From the NCBI GenBank assembly GCA_013265495.1, contig MU058478.1, forward strand, positions 63,816 through 127,815: DNA of 64,000 nucleotides, in the 5' to 3' direction. This DNA is from Vicugna vicugna (Eukaryota). Each line of letters begins with the position of its first letter. The first letter of the stretch is position 1. The notes beneath the pieces were generated by a model. The model saw only the letters and a program-made list of their open reading frames with translations, was not told the DNA's origin and made no database searches. Positions 51,206 through 64,000 of the stretch are shown here, piece after piece. The position numbers were made by a program, and so were the translations under genes.

Positions 51206-51807
51206 TGTTTGCTGTCTGATGAGAATAAAAGAGAGGGTTATTTTTGGACAGTGGTGTTGAGAAATAGTTTTCCTGGAAATGCTAAGATCAAATACCTCCA
51301 TCTGCATCGTCACGAGGTAATTTTCACACCTAGGAAAACCAGTATCAATTAAGTAACATTAAAATTACATCTGTGTCTTTAATTTGAGGAAAGCTTTTTA
51401 ATTATGGTTTGAATTTAATACTTTTTTGTAAAAACGGATGGAAATTTGCCATTCATAATTTTGTTTGCTTCCAATGAGTATTTTTTTTAGGAATTTATTT
51501 CATCTAAACTTTTATGTTTATAGACTAAAGTCAGTTTATAAAGTCAATCATAATTTCCTAATTTTTAAAATGTATTTAGAATCTGTAGTAATTAATTATA
51601 ATTTATCTTTTACTTGGTTTATGTCTGTTTTTTTTCTCCCTTATCTCTCCTCCAGGGTCCACCTCCTTCTTGCTCCACGATATTGTCAAGTGTTATCAAT
51701 TTCATTAGTCTTGTCAAAGAATTAACTTTTGTCTTTATTGATGTTTGTCATATGTTTTTTCTCTGTTTCATTGTTAGTGTTCTTAGCCTAGTTACTAGCT
51801 TTCCATT

Positions 51808-51986
51808 TAGGAATGGCAGACAGAAGAAAATAAAATAGGACACACAGATTTAAATTTAGATAAATAATCTTTGAAAGGATAAATGTATCCCTTGAAATAG
51901 TTAGGAACTGCATATAGTAAGAAGTTGTTGTCTGTTTATTTCAAATTTAAATTTACCTGACTGTCTTCTATTTAATTTGGCAGCCC
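51808..51986. mobile_element. MER33-like hAT element
   Basis: aaaataggacacacagatttaaatttagataaataa...tcaaatttaaatttacctgactgtc...ggcagccct inverted-end structure. Confidence 0.6.
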
Positions 51987-52319
51987 TTTTTAATTCCACT
52001 TTTTTTTCCAATTATTGTTCTGTTTATTAATTTCCTTTCTTGAAGTAGATATTTAAATGATTATGTTCAGACTTTGTTCAGTTATATTTGCATTTAAGGC
52101 TATAAGTTGTGTCACCATATGTTTTAGCTATAACCGTCAATTTTTAATATGTCCTAATTTCATTATCATTGAGTTTGGATTAGTTTCTAAGTTACTTTGT
52201 AACAATGTTTACAAACAGATTGATGAGAGCACATTCATTACAGCACAATGGGAAGCTACTTATATATCCATTAGCAGTAGAATGGAGAAATATTATTTAT
52301 ATGATGCAATATTTTAAAT

Positions 52320-52725
52320 ATATTGCACAGTTTGCAATGTTGTGTCGATTTCTGGTGCACAGCACAGTGCTTCAGTCACACATGCACATACGTATATTCC
52401 TTTTCATATTCTTTTTCACCATAAGTTACCACAAGACACTGAATACATTTCCCTGTGCTGTATGGTATAAATTCGTTGTTTATCTTTTTTATATATAACA
52501 GTTAGTATCTGCAAATCTAAAAACTCCCCGTTTATCCCTTCCCACCCCCTTCCCCCCTGCTCCCCCCATAACCGTAAGTCTGTCTTCTATGTCTGTGAGT
52601 CTGTTTCTGTTTTGTAAATAAATTTGTCTATTTTTTTTTTTTTAGATTCCACATAGAAGTGATATCATATGATATTTTTCTCTCTCTCTGGCTCACTTCA
52701 CCTAGTATGATATCCTTCAGGTCCA
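52320..52725 (-). mobile_element. L1 3' end inserted into an older plus-strand L1 fragment
   Basis: caatgttgtgtcgatttctggtgcacagc...tctgtgagtctgtttctgttttgtaaataaa...tagattccacatagaagtgatatc. Confidence 0.9.
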
Positions 52726-55446
52726 ATTCACTATTAAAGAAAAGTTAAAATAACAAACTACTGATAAATGCCACAACCTGGACAAATCTCAAAAGCATTG
52801 AAAAAAAAATTCTAGAAGGTTCTACTGTTCTGACTGGGGCATTGCTGGCTGGAAAGGCATAGGATGGATTTTTATAGAGACAGAGATGTTCTCAACAGAA
52901 ACATTCCCCAACACAGTCTTAGTTGTTTTCTGGAGCTAAATGTGAACACGCTAAGAGTTACATGCTTACAATTTGTATTTCAACAGCTAGAAAATTATAT
53001 CTTCTTGTTAAGGCAATGAACAATAAAGTGATGGATTCTAATTAAAACAGGGAATATATTTGCATCTGCAATTGCTTGTGTGAAAGAAAAAGATATCACA
53101 TTAAACATACTGTCTTAGTTTTCTTTGAACAGTTTACTTAACACAAGAAAAGAAATGTTAAATTCAGATAAATGTATTTAACCATTATAATTTATGAGGA
53201 ATTTTAATGTTTTCATTGTACTTCCTCCCAATACACTCCTGTGCTTTATTGTTTTATACCAATGTGACAGACGCGAAATCAAAACCAAAAATAAGGTAAT
53301 TTGTCAAAAATCTTGAGCTAAGAAGAGACAAAATAGAATTATAATTCTGTGTAATTTGAGCTCAGTTCTAGGGCTAATTCATTCATTTCACAAATACTGG
53401 TTGACCATTTAGCAGACCATGCTCCATGTCAGAAAATGAATTTATAGTTTGAACAGACAACAAGCCAAGGTCATTGTCCCATAAAGACTGGACCTTATAA
53501 ATAATGTCGGTGGTATTTAATATGCACAAAACTCACAAATGGGGAGACCTCTAGAGGAAACCCCTCATACATCCATTAACAGTAGAATGGAGAAATATTA
53601 TTTATACATTGCAATATGTTTAATATATTTTTATTGAAGTATAGTCAATACAAGTAGAGTTACATTGATTTAACACTTCTGCAAATAATTTCACTGCAGA
53701 AAATTTCATAGGCTAGGATCTCACCTTAAAAGCCACAATTATCCCCAACTTACTAAAATGCAAAAGTCAAAAATTATTTCCAAGTTGTGTTGCGTTCCAT
53801 TCTGGTTGAGTGGGTATTAAATCCATTACACATTTTTCCCAAGTTATCTCTCATTTAAAATGTGGTCTTGTGCCCAGAGGCATAGCTCCGGGATGGTCAT
53901 CACTCATTGTGCTGTTGAACTTCCCCGTCTTCTGAGTTTAGTTATCCAGTATCTGACTCTCAATGCTTCAGACCTTCAACTCTGACCTACTTCATGAACT
54001 TTCATTGATTTACACCCTAAACTTTATTTTTACCAGAAAGTAATCTGCCCCGGGTTCCTTGAGCTGTAAGATTCCTGCACTGACTCTAAGATCTAGTCTT
54101 TTAGCTATTTCCTCCATTTATTTGATTCTGGACTCATTCAACATCGGTCCCATCAGACCCTCCCCTCTCGCCTGTGTTCTGAGTCCTCTCAAGGCTTCAT
54201 TTATTTCCATCCCTACCCATAACAGATTCCAAGGTCCACCCATTTGTGTCCTGAGTTAATGCTCTGATCGTCCTTTGTCCCCAAAGTCAGCCAGACACAT
54301 ACCACCCACAAAAAATCAATGCTATCATATCTGTTTGTTCTTTGAGCTGCTCATCCTAGGCTGCTGTTAACATAGCTGTGATTGCTAGATTCATCACAAT
54401 TTCACGCTACACAGCTTGGGCCAGAGTCTTGGAGACACTTGGCAATGCTTTCCTCATTTCTGAGTGCCTCATTATAACTCTCCTCTTAGCAGCTGTTCAA
54501 AATAATCTCCACCCCTTTCCTATCCCCAGCCAACTTCCACACCACACTCCGGATGAAGGTTCTAGCTCTTAGTTCACGATGAAGATAGATGACACTCTAC
54601 GATCTACCATCTGCATGATGTTTCTAAAATTAAAAGAAGTAAATAAAATTAATTCATCATAGCATTCCCATCACAATGATCCGGCTTCAGCTGATGCCTT
54701 CAGACACTGACAGATCCCAATTTTTTTTGCTGTGTTTTGTTTGTTTTTTTCCAATTTCTTTGGTGATCCAACCTAGCCACGCTCCCTCATACGTCTTTCC
54801 TCTGGTTCCCTCTGCCTGAAGTTGTGTGTCGTCTTTTCTGATTTCCCACCAGCACACCCTTTCAGAGTCGGTGCAATCATCACACTCTTGGAATCCTCCC
54901 CGAAGCTGGGTCAGACGCATGTTCCTGGAATGCCAGCTCTTTCTTTCCAAAAGCATCTTGAACAGTTCACTATTACACCTGTCCCTACTACGTTCTAAGC
55001 AATCTGAAAACCAAGATGAGTTGCCTTGTCTTAACATGTTCCTTCAAGCCATTTGCACTGCCTAACGTTAAAATAAATGCCCAGTGGGTTCTTGTGGAAT
55101 CTTTTCAAATTGAACTTTATTGACAACCACCTCTAAATGTCTTGACAGCTTTACCGAAAACTTATTTCTTCTAATTCCTCATTATGTTTCTCTTTTCTTT
55201 TTTCATCCACTTCATTTTTATTCCCTGCCCCTTTCTTCCTCTCTCTTATTACAGAAATGGAAGGTCCCTATTCATTGCAACAGTCCTGCAAATCATTTTT
55301 GATTCGCTCCTCCCCCACCTCCACATAATGACACATCATCTTGCCTTATATCTGTAGTCTAAAAATATCTTACCTCGTCTCTGTTTAATTTTAAGAAACA
55401 CTATTTTCTTAAACTTCTTCTAGAACACAGCATCTTTCCTCTAGGT

Positions 55447-56900
55447 TTTTTTGTTTGTTTGTTTTTTGGGGTTTTTTTTGTTTTGTTTTTTCCCTCCAAA
55501 GTCATGCTACTTAAAGGCTAATTACAGCCTGAGAAGTTTCTATTGATCCATCTTTAAGCTCATCATTTTTTTTCCCCAAGGACAAACCCAGTCGGCTGAG
55601 GTATCGAAACATTTTTCAATTCTGTTATCCTGTCTTCGATTTCTAGCATTTCCTTTTGTTTTATTTTTAGCATCTCCTTCCCTCCATCCATTAATTCTCG
55701 CCCGTTGTCTACTTTATCCCTTAGAGCTCCTAACATATTAACCAGAGATAGTTTAAACTCCCTGAGTTTGTTTGTTTTTTGTTTTTTGGTTTTTTTTATT
55801 TTCTTTTTTCCCTCCAAAGTCATGCTACTTAAAGACTGATTACAGCCTGAGAAGTTTCTATTGATCCGTCTTTAAGCTCATCATTTTTTTCCCCAAGGAC
55901 AAACCCAGTCGACTGAGGCATCGAAACATTTTTCAATTCTGTTATCCTGTCTTCGATTTCTAGCATTTCCTTTTGTTTTATTTTTAGCATCTCCTTCTCT
56001 CCATCCATTAATTCTCACGTGTTGTCTACTTTATCCCTTAGAGCTCCTAACATATTGACCAGAGATAGTTTAAACTCCCTGTCTGGTAATTCTGAAATTG
56101 TATGTTGGATCTGAGCCTGGTTCTGATGATTGCTCTGTCTCTTTAGATTATTTTTGTTTCCCTACTGGTTTTGCTGCTTCCCACTTGCTCCTCTGCAGAA
56201 AGCCCCTGCGTGTCACATCTCGTTCAGTTGTCATCCCTCGTTATTGCGTAGGAGTCCTGTTGGTGTTGCCGCACGGTGTGAGGTCGGGGGTATCACTCTA
56301 TAGTTACGATTCAATCTGTCTTCCAGACTCTGCCCCTTGGTAAGCGGTTGCACACTGGTGTGTCTCACTCTTCATCTCATAGGTGAGCTCAGAAGGTTAC
56401 GATGTTGCATTTGGAGAAATGCCCTTCCTGCAGATGGGATACAGGTCTTGCAAAGCCCTTTTCTTCTGAAGAGTGTGCCTTGGTTAAGGAACGCTTTGCA
56501 GCTTTCACAATGATTGCTCCTCCTTCCTCCTGCCAGAGCCATGAAAAATCCTTCTCAGACCCTTTCTGTGCAAATCTGATGCAGTGTTCGGAGTTTAAAC
56601 CCCAACTAGTGTGCCAACCTTCCTAGGACTTCCGACCCTATTTGCTCCTCTGTCTCACAACATTCCTTTTTCCGCCTCTGTTAATTCTCCAAAATTATCA
56701 TTCAAGTGTTCCTGAGAGGTTGTAGTTCTGGCAGGTCCAGGGAAACAGACTTCAGTTGTGACCCTCTGGCTTTACTTCCCTTCCTGGGTTTCGGAGTCAT
56801 AGCTTGCTCTATAATCTCAGATCCTTGATGGGTTCAAAGAGATAGATTGATTTTTTTTTTATTGTTACTGTGAGGATAGATGTGACATCTTCTCATCTTT
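55447..56900 (-). mobile_element. Ancient L1 ORF1/5' region, with a tandemly duplicated ~318-bp segment
   Basis: Minus-strand frame REFKLSLVNMLGALRDKVDN...KQKEMLEIEDRITELKN resembles the L1 ORF1p coiled coil; 55447-55764 repeated at 55765-56081; right boundary approximate. Confidence 0.75.
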
Positions 56901-58493
56901 AAATGTCAAAGTTGACACAATATATTTATCATTTTTTGTATAAAAATGTTTCACAGATTTATTTGTGGCAATGTAACACCAAAAGGAACATTGCTTTTTT
57001 TACTGAAGAATAATTCCTGACCTCACTATTTTTTTTAAAAAAAAATAGCAAATGATAAAAGATTCACATATGTCACAAGGGCACACGACATCTCTAATGA
57101 CAATCCTTGTCAAATGTACTTTTTTCACAGGTGTTATATCTTCTATCTTATTCCTGTCTTCAAAATTTTTCCAGGACACAGGTAGTGTTATTCATCAAAA
57201 ATCAATTTGCAGTTTTAATGTGGACGCATTTTCCCCCCACAGCAATGACTTCCTGTTGCAAAGCAGAACTAAAAAGAGGAATGTGTCTCTGTGCACTTAA
57301 AGTCTCACCTTCTGAATCTAATTGTTTGTGGGCAGAAATCTTGCTTTATGAACTGTTACTCGCATCTTTACAATGTAATTTGGGGGAGGGAGGCCTGGTG
57401 AGTTGTTTCTTAATTTCACAGACTTAAATACACCGCTGGCAGCTGCCAATGTGTCTCACTCTCCATCAGAACCTCAAATGCGATCTCTTCTATTTCTTTC
57501 CTTAAAAACTCGCTAATCCTTGACAACTTTTAGTCAATGAATTTCAGCTCATATGTATCAACTCCCTAATATGCCAGGATCCAGAAATCTCTGACCGTAT
57601 GCTTGACTTTAACTAATACGATTCTCTTAACATCCTTTGATATGAATTATATACCATTGGGATCTGCCTTTTGTTCCAATTGCTACTTGTGTGTCATTAT
57701 TTTTCTTTTATTTGGATGAAGACAGTTATGTAATCTTTTTATTTTGCTGCCAGCATCTCTGGACATGAATTTGGAAATTTTACTTTTGCTTTTTAAGAAT
57801 TTATTCCCTCTTTAACATTTGTAAAAGGTTAGTTGAGTTTGCTAACAAATATATAAATATACAGTAGCAGTACTCATAAAGAAATAGGGTTTTTTTTTAA
57901 GTATGGCTATAAAATTATTTCAACAGTATATACAATGCAGAAATAGTTTACATAAGGTCCAAACACTTGCTACAAAATAGCCAACATTTTATTTATAATC
58001 TTTCTGGGATCAATATGAGTATCTTTCACTTGAAAAATATTTCTAGTTTACAGTTTATCAAAGTTCACACATTAAGGATAATATTAAATGGAATAAATAC
58101 ACTTACTAAGATATCACTGGAGGAATTACAAAATCAACTGTCAACACCTAAACAGTTTTAAATTATTTGACTTGGTTTAAAAAAAAGTTAAAAAGTACTA
58201 CTTTTTCACTTTCAATTATTTACAAAAACGCACCATTTTCTAAAGAAATCGCTAATGGCATTAACATTATAAAACTGAGATAATTATATCTGCACACTAT
58301 TATTGCAAGGAAGAGAAAAGTATTTTGAAGTTAGAAGAAGGCTGCAGAAATACAAAGTAATCCAATTTTATTATGAACCAAATGCCAAGATCATTAATCA
58401 TGGAAAATGAAATAATCATACTGACTGCTACAGGATTTTTGTAGCCAAATATATTTTGTTATTCTAAGCTCTAGCAATGAATAATTATTAATG

Positions 58494-58841
58494 TGTGACA
58501 GCAACCTGAATCCCATTGAGAGACCAAGCAGCACTCGGAGGGTTGGAGAACTCAGGTTTATCACGCCGGCGGGCCCAGAGGAGTTAACACTCCAAGCTCT
58601 GGACCCTGACTGCACGTTTACACAGGCTTTTATAGGGTTTTAGGTTTCAATTAAGTTCGTGTCATAAATATGCAAATGTTAGAAGTGGACCAATCAGGAG
58701 GGAGCTTTTGGGAACCAATGGAATTTTAGGGGTAAGTTTCATTTTCCTAGAAGCAAGCCACTTTACAGAAGCACAAAAGAAGGAAGGCAGTGGCCCTGCC
58801 TGGGAGGTCTTGCTGGTTCCTTGGTGGGTTTTGCCCCTTCA
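58494..58841 (-). mobile_element. ERV1-class solo LTR, copy 3 of 3
   Basis: Reverse complement reads tgaaggggcaaaaccc...tgtcaca; perfect 4-bp TSD AATG at 58490-58493 and 58842-58845. Confidence 0.92.
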
Positions 58842-59278
58842 AATGAATCTAACGTTAATGGGAAATATGGCAACTATCCATCTACATATGAAAAGTAGCG
58901 TGTGATACTAAAACTGAAACGTGCAACCAGCACATTGAAACTAGACCGTAGCAAGGGCATGACTCTGGTTTCTTAATGAATGAGATGACATTTCTATTTA
59001 CATTCCATTCCCAAGACAGCTAAAAATAACGCGCTAAACAGAAGGCACGATGATCGTCAATACTTCAATACGTTCTGTTACTTCCAGAAAATAAGAAAAT
59101 CTCATTATCATCATGTGAAGCCCGTGAATTTTCAAATGACTTCTTGGCAATGTGATACCCAACTTAACATTTCAATAGCTTTCTTGTTTATTAGAAATAC
59201 GAGGCAATTTATTTTGTAATTAAAATTGAACAGAAATAGCGAACACAGAAATCGTATAAGTGATCCCAATGGTTGACA

Positions 59279-59597
59279 TTTTTTTTTAATTTAAGTTTAT
59301 TGGGTTGTAGTCGGTTAACAATGTTGTGTCAAATTCCAGCGTAGAGCACAATTTTTCAGTCATACATGAACATACATATATTCATTGTCGCATTCTTTTT
59401 CACCGTGAGCTACCACAAGATCTTGTATACATTTCCCTGGGCTCTACAGTATAATCTTGTTTATCTATTCTATATACATCTGTCAGTATCTACACTCTGT
59501 CCTTTCCCATCCCCTTCCCCCTGGCAACCACAAGTTTGTTTTCGATGAGTCTGTTTCTGTTTTGTATTTATATTCATTTGTCTTTTTTTTTTCTTTT
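59279..59597 (-). mobile_element. Camelid L1 3' end
   Basis: aatgttgtgtcaaattccagcgtagagcacaatttttcag...ccctggcaaccacaagtttg. Confidence 0.9.
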
Positions 59598-61487
59598 AAT
59601 GCCACCAATTAGAGCTCTCAGGGTAGCATTATATCCACTGACATTTTATCCTGAGATGCCTATTGCATCAACAAGAACCACAAAGAATAATGAAGCTAGC
59701 TGAACCCAGCTAGCAAGAAATAAACTATGACTTTTGCTGTTGACCCTGCTAAATCACATTTAGATTTTCATGATGTGGGACAAAGAGGTCATGCAATTGT
59801 GCTCTACAATTGAGCACAATTCTGGGACAAAAAAAATATATATATATAAAGCATTGGTTTAGCCAGCATCCTGGTCTCCTTACAACCCTCCGATCAATTC
59901 CTGCATGACCATAGAAATGTGGGGAAAAATAATGCATTCTAGGCAATTAGCCTGATAATCAAGGGATAATTTACTCCCTCGCAGTTAATACTTGGCATCT
60001 TGTAATGCGCTGGAGAATCTCTCCCCCAGCTCTGGGGTTCATCTGAGATCTATAAATCCTCACTGCAGACCACTTCTCACATAAATGTAAATGAGATATC
60101 CATTTAAAATATTACAATATTTAAAAATTAATCAATTTGTTTTTCCTCAACTGATCATGCAAGCCTTGATTTGACTTCTCCTGGTGTTCTCAATGACCCG
60201 TGCCTTGATTTCAAAACCAGAAAGAGTGGCCACATCCAGCTTTGGGGAAATATGTTATTTCACACGGGGACCCTTTCCTTGATTCAGACACAGCTTGGTT
60301 GTCAAATGAGGGGAGCAAACACCAAAAAGTGAGGATAATACAGTGAAGCCAGGGCGACTTTGCATTGTCTGTGAACTTCAGTTAACTGCCCTTTCTCACT
60401 CGCCAACCTCAGCCACTATGACTCACCTTCCCCGATACCCCATGCCCCCAAATTCTGACTTCAACTGTAGCCCTCTGCTGTACCCCAGAAGCCTGGATTT
60501 TACCAATGCCAAGGGGCCTTTGAAGCTGGCTGAGTCTTTCAGTGCAACTGGACTCATCCATCTAGGTAGGTACCAGCTCCCCTCCAGCTCCCACCCATCA
60601 GCTGCATTCCAGCCGGTGCAGAGCCCTCCATCTGGGTTCACATTCAGGAAGCCCAGGATGCTGAACTGACCTCTGGACCCCAGATGTGGCAGGCAGAAAG
60701 CCCGCCGAGACCTGCACTAGCAGAGAGGGCTTCCTGGAGCAGGGCTCCGTCTAGGTCAGCGCCCATGGCCAAATGGACAGACGCGTTAGGATCCAAGCAT
60801 CGCAACTGGGGTAGACTTGGATCTGGCAGGGGTTCTCCATCAGAGTAAGAGGAATGGCATCATAATTACAATGGAATCCACCACGTAGAGCGGAGACGTT
60901 CCCAACGTTCGAGACACGACGCACACACAAGGTGGATTGTCCTCACCTGGGAGAGGTTCTTCCTGAGCATGAAAGGCGTGGAGAGCATACGTAACCAGCC
61001 AGAGAGGAAAGCCTTCTCCTTTCAAAGCCTGAGCAGTGAACTCGCTTCCTCTCACTGTGCACGCTTCTTCTCAAAGATCGCCCCAATCGGAAATACGGGG
61101 GCGTGTCTAGTTCAGATCCTCTGAGCAAGTTCTGTTCGCCATTTCTTGTCCCTAAGGAATGGCAGGCTCCAAAGAACTCTTACTATTGTTGTGCTGTTTG
61201 GTTGCTTACTTTTCATGGCCTTATGGAGTTGAGACTTTCTTTGTTGGCTTCATTTGGTCTTTCTAAAGTTTAGACAAGGGTTGGAGACCAGTTGGTTCTA
61301 TTTTTCCCACATTCTTGGCTGCTACGAATAACATTAGAGAAATGTTAGAAGAGGAGTGTTTAGTCTATTTTTGCCTTTGTCTCTATTCCCAGTAAAACCA
61401 AGACAGAGGAATCATTAAGACAGATTTTCTTTCCTTGAGGTTAAGAGAAAGTGGAAACAGTGCTTGGACTTTTGCTAGAAGATTTTT

Positions 61488-61589
61488 CTTCCTTCCTTCC
61501 TTCCTTCCTTCCTTCCTTCCTTCCTCCCTCCCTCCCTTTCCTTTTCCTTTCTTTCTCTCTCCCTTTCTTTCTCTCTTTCTTTCTTTCTC

Positions 61590-61621
<32 letters not shown>

Positions 61622-61643
61622 TTTCTTTCTTTCTTTTTCTTTC
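61488..61643. repeat. (CCTT)n/(CTTT)n polypyrimidine microsatellite
   Basis: Direct inspection; continues the tail of the adjacent SINE. Confidence 0.95.
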
Positions 61644-61719
61644 TGTCTATGATTACATTTATTTTGGGCAGATAATTAGGTTTATTAACACATTTATTTT
61701 AATGGATCTCTTTCTTCTC

Positions 61720-61751
<32 letters not shown>

Positions 61752-61770
61752 TTTCTTTCTTTCTTTTTCT

Positions 61771-61904
61771 TTCTGTCTATGATTACATTTATTTTGGGCA
61801 GATAATTAGGTTTATTAACACATTTATTTTAATGGAGATACTGGGGATTGAACCCAAGACCTTGTGCATGCTCAGTAATCCACCACTGAGCTATATCCTT
61901 CCCC
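61771..61904 (-). mobile_element. tRNA-derived camelid SINE (vic-1-like)
   Basis: Reverse complement ggggaaggatatagctcagtgg...gcatgcacaaggtcttgggttcaatccccag; homologous to 25371. Confidence 0.9.
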
Positions 61905-62359
61905 ACCATCATCCTTGGTTTCCTAGTGAAATTTAAGTTGGATGACAGACTAACACAGAAGGGACTTTAAGCAAAAGAAGGAAGTATTTTAAAGTGTTGG
62001 GTACGTTTGAAGTTACCTGGAGAAGGCTTGGTGATCTGGGAGCTGGAGAGACTGGTCCGTCACACAGCCGCTCCTTCAGCTGGGTGCTCACTGTTTCTGT
62101 GAGCCATTCACAGACAGACGGGCTCACCCATGTTCACGGTCCCAGACAGCCTCCAAGTCATCGCAGCCCCAGCGGGCAAGCTCAGACTGACTTACTCAGC
62201 CAAGTGCCTATCTTCTGTGTCCCATTGGAAATTTTTAACAGAAAAATTCCGGTTTAGAAATGAATGGACCCTCTCCAAGGCAAGTGTCCGACTCTGAATG
62301 AACCATCCTTATCCAGGCAGGAGCTACGGATGCCGAACATCTAAGGCTGAAAGGAATCA

Positions 62360-62731
62360 GTCTTTGCCTAAATTGATTCCCCCTGCCGAAGCCATATGCT
62401 GAAGCCCTAACCGCCTATGTGGTTACATCCGGAGACTGGACCTTTAAAGAGATGTTAAAATGGCATGAAATCATACGAGTGGGTTCTAATGCAATGGAGC
62501 TGGGGTCCTTGCAAGAAGAGGAAGAGACATCGAGGCTGCATACACAGAGGAAGGGCCACATGGGGGCATGGTGACAGCGTGACCATCCATCAGCCAAGAG
62601 AGAAGCTTCGGGACAAACCAACACTGTTGACATCTTGATTCTGTCCTTCCAGCCTTCAGAACTGTGAGACTGTGAAAGAATACATTGCTGTTGTTAAAGC
62701 CACTAAATCTGTGACATTTTATTATGGCAGC
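62360..62731 (+). mobile_element. MaLR MLT1A-type solo LTR
   Basis: catatgctgaagccctaacc...aagaagaggaagagac...ccagccttcagaactgtgag...gttgttaaagccact. Confidence 0.85.
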
Positions 62732-62819
62732 ACATTTGATATATGCATCTATGTGTAGTGTGAATATAAATAATATATAATAATATAATATAATATATGT
62801 ATTATATATATATTACTTT

Positions 62820-62955
62820 TTCTTATTTCTTCCTTCTTCCTTCTTCTTCCTCTTCTTCTGCCTCTTCATCTTCTTCTTTCCCTCCTCCCCCTCCTCCTCA
62901 TTCTCCCCCTCCTCCCCTCCTGCCCTCCTCCCTCTCCCCTCCTCCTCCTCCTTCT
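62820..62955. repeat. (CTT)n/(CCT)n polypyrimidine tract
   Basis: Direct inspection. Confidence 0.9.
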
Positions 62956-64000
62956 TACAGAAGAAGCATTTTATAAGCCTCTATGTATAAAACATGCTAA
63001 TCTAAATTAGCTTCCTCGGAAGACGTTATCATTTCTCCACGTGCTTCTCCATCCTGCATTCTTTTGTCCCCCTCGCGTACTCCTTCCCTTTATGGAAAAT
63101 GTCCATAAGCATCTTTAATCCTGAAGTCTGCATGGATCTTACCTTCTGAATTCTGGCTTCACATGCCCAGCAAGGCTTTTCACAGTCATACCAGGGACAT
63201 CTCCCAAACTCAAATACCTTTTATCTGAAGCTGAATTAATTCACATTCTGAAAAAGCCTTTCTCCTCCCTAAACTCTGCCGCCATCACTGCAGAACAGGG
63301 ACGTTTGCAGGGCTACTGTCATGGCCTTGTCCTCACCTTGCTTGCCAGATCTCCTTGGCCAGAACAATCAAGCATTAAAATGTTTTATTTTTTCTCCCAA
63401 ACTAGCTTCTCCTTCCAAGTTCTTACATGCATGGCCATCCTCACTGTATAATGAATAGCTGAGTATTATCATCAAATAACATCCCTTAATAATACCTGAA
63501 TGGGTTTTTTATAAACATTTGCAGGACCAATTACTGCTTAATATATTTATTACACAAATGTTAAGGAGTTTCTAGGTAACCACTGACCGGCAATTCCTAG
63601 CTCAGTTCTACTGGGCAGCTAGGGTTTCGAAGGAAAGAATTTATGGTCACTAAGGGAAATCAAACAAAACCAAACCATTATAAAAAAAAAATCAACAAGA
63701 GTGCAGCAACTGCATAGAAGTCGCTTCTGTTTTGTCTCCAGTTTTGCTTCTTGGGGTCTCTCATAAGATAGAAATCGAAATGTCATTAAAATTTCAGGTA
63801 AACCCAGAGGGTGAGAAAGTGACTTTAAAACAACATGGCTGTAAGTTGAGGACTTGGTGGAAATAGATCATGCAACTGCGGACTCCCTTTATATTAAATC
63901 TACTTTCTCTGCTCTTTCCAAAGCATCATTATAAATGTGATAAGAGAACTCTCTATCGATAAATGCTTCACTGGTTGCCTGTAGCTTCCAGGGTAAAATT

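Noticed and set aside
59795..59821. 10-bp-stem hairpin aattgtgctc/gagcacaatt
   Set aside because: Too short to be significant in 64 kb; no miRNA-length stem
61435..61782. Hydrophobic Phe/Leu/Ser ORFs
   Set aside because: Translation of the (CTTT)n microsatellite
1..64000. CRISPR array, operon, intact provirus, NUMT or non-retroviral viral insert
   Set aside because: No regularly spaced repeat-spacer units, no long ORFs, no PBS or internal ERV sequence after the LTRs examined, and no mitochondrial or viral similarity that I could recognise

Overview
Mammalian nuclear DNA, most likely from a camelid (alpaca/llama/camel). The evidence for this is a tRNA-derived vic-1-like SINE and many copies of a camelid-type L1 3' end. 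The window is AT-rich, repeat-dense and looks intergenic or deep-intronic. I recognise no protein-coding gene, RNA gene, CRISPR array or prokaryotic system. The listed ORFs are chance frames, microsatellite or gap artefacts, or L1 ORF1/ORF2 remnants. Supported content: young and old L1 fragments (two with twin-priming 5' inversions), about ten solo LTRs (ERV1-, ERVL- and MaLR-type), MER DNA-transposon fossils, SINEs, microsatellites, one N-gap and a GC/CpG-rich patch at about 34.5-35.6 kb. The most notable structures are (i) a 141-bp inverted, locally templated insertion flanked by a 23-bp direct repeat (43.65-44.18 kb), (ii) a three-copy octamer-bearing LTR family, one copy of which has a duplicated CCAAT/octamer unit and an exact compressed SOX17-OCT4 motif, (iii) a MER41-like LTR that keeps a STAT GAS site, and (iv) a cluster of local duplications in the right third of the window. 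Repeat family names come from recall of consensus sequences, and boundaries of old repeats are approximate; both need RepeatMasker/Dfam confirmation.
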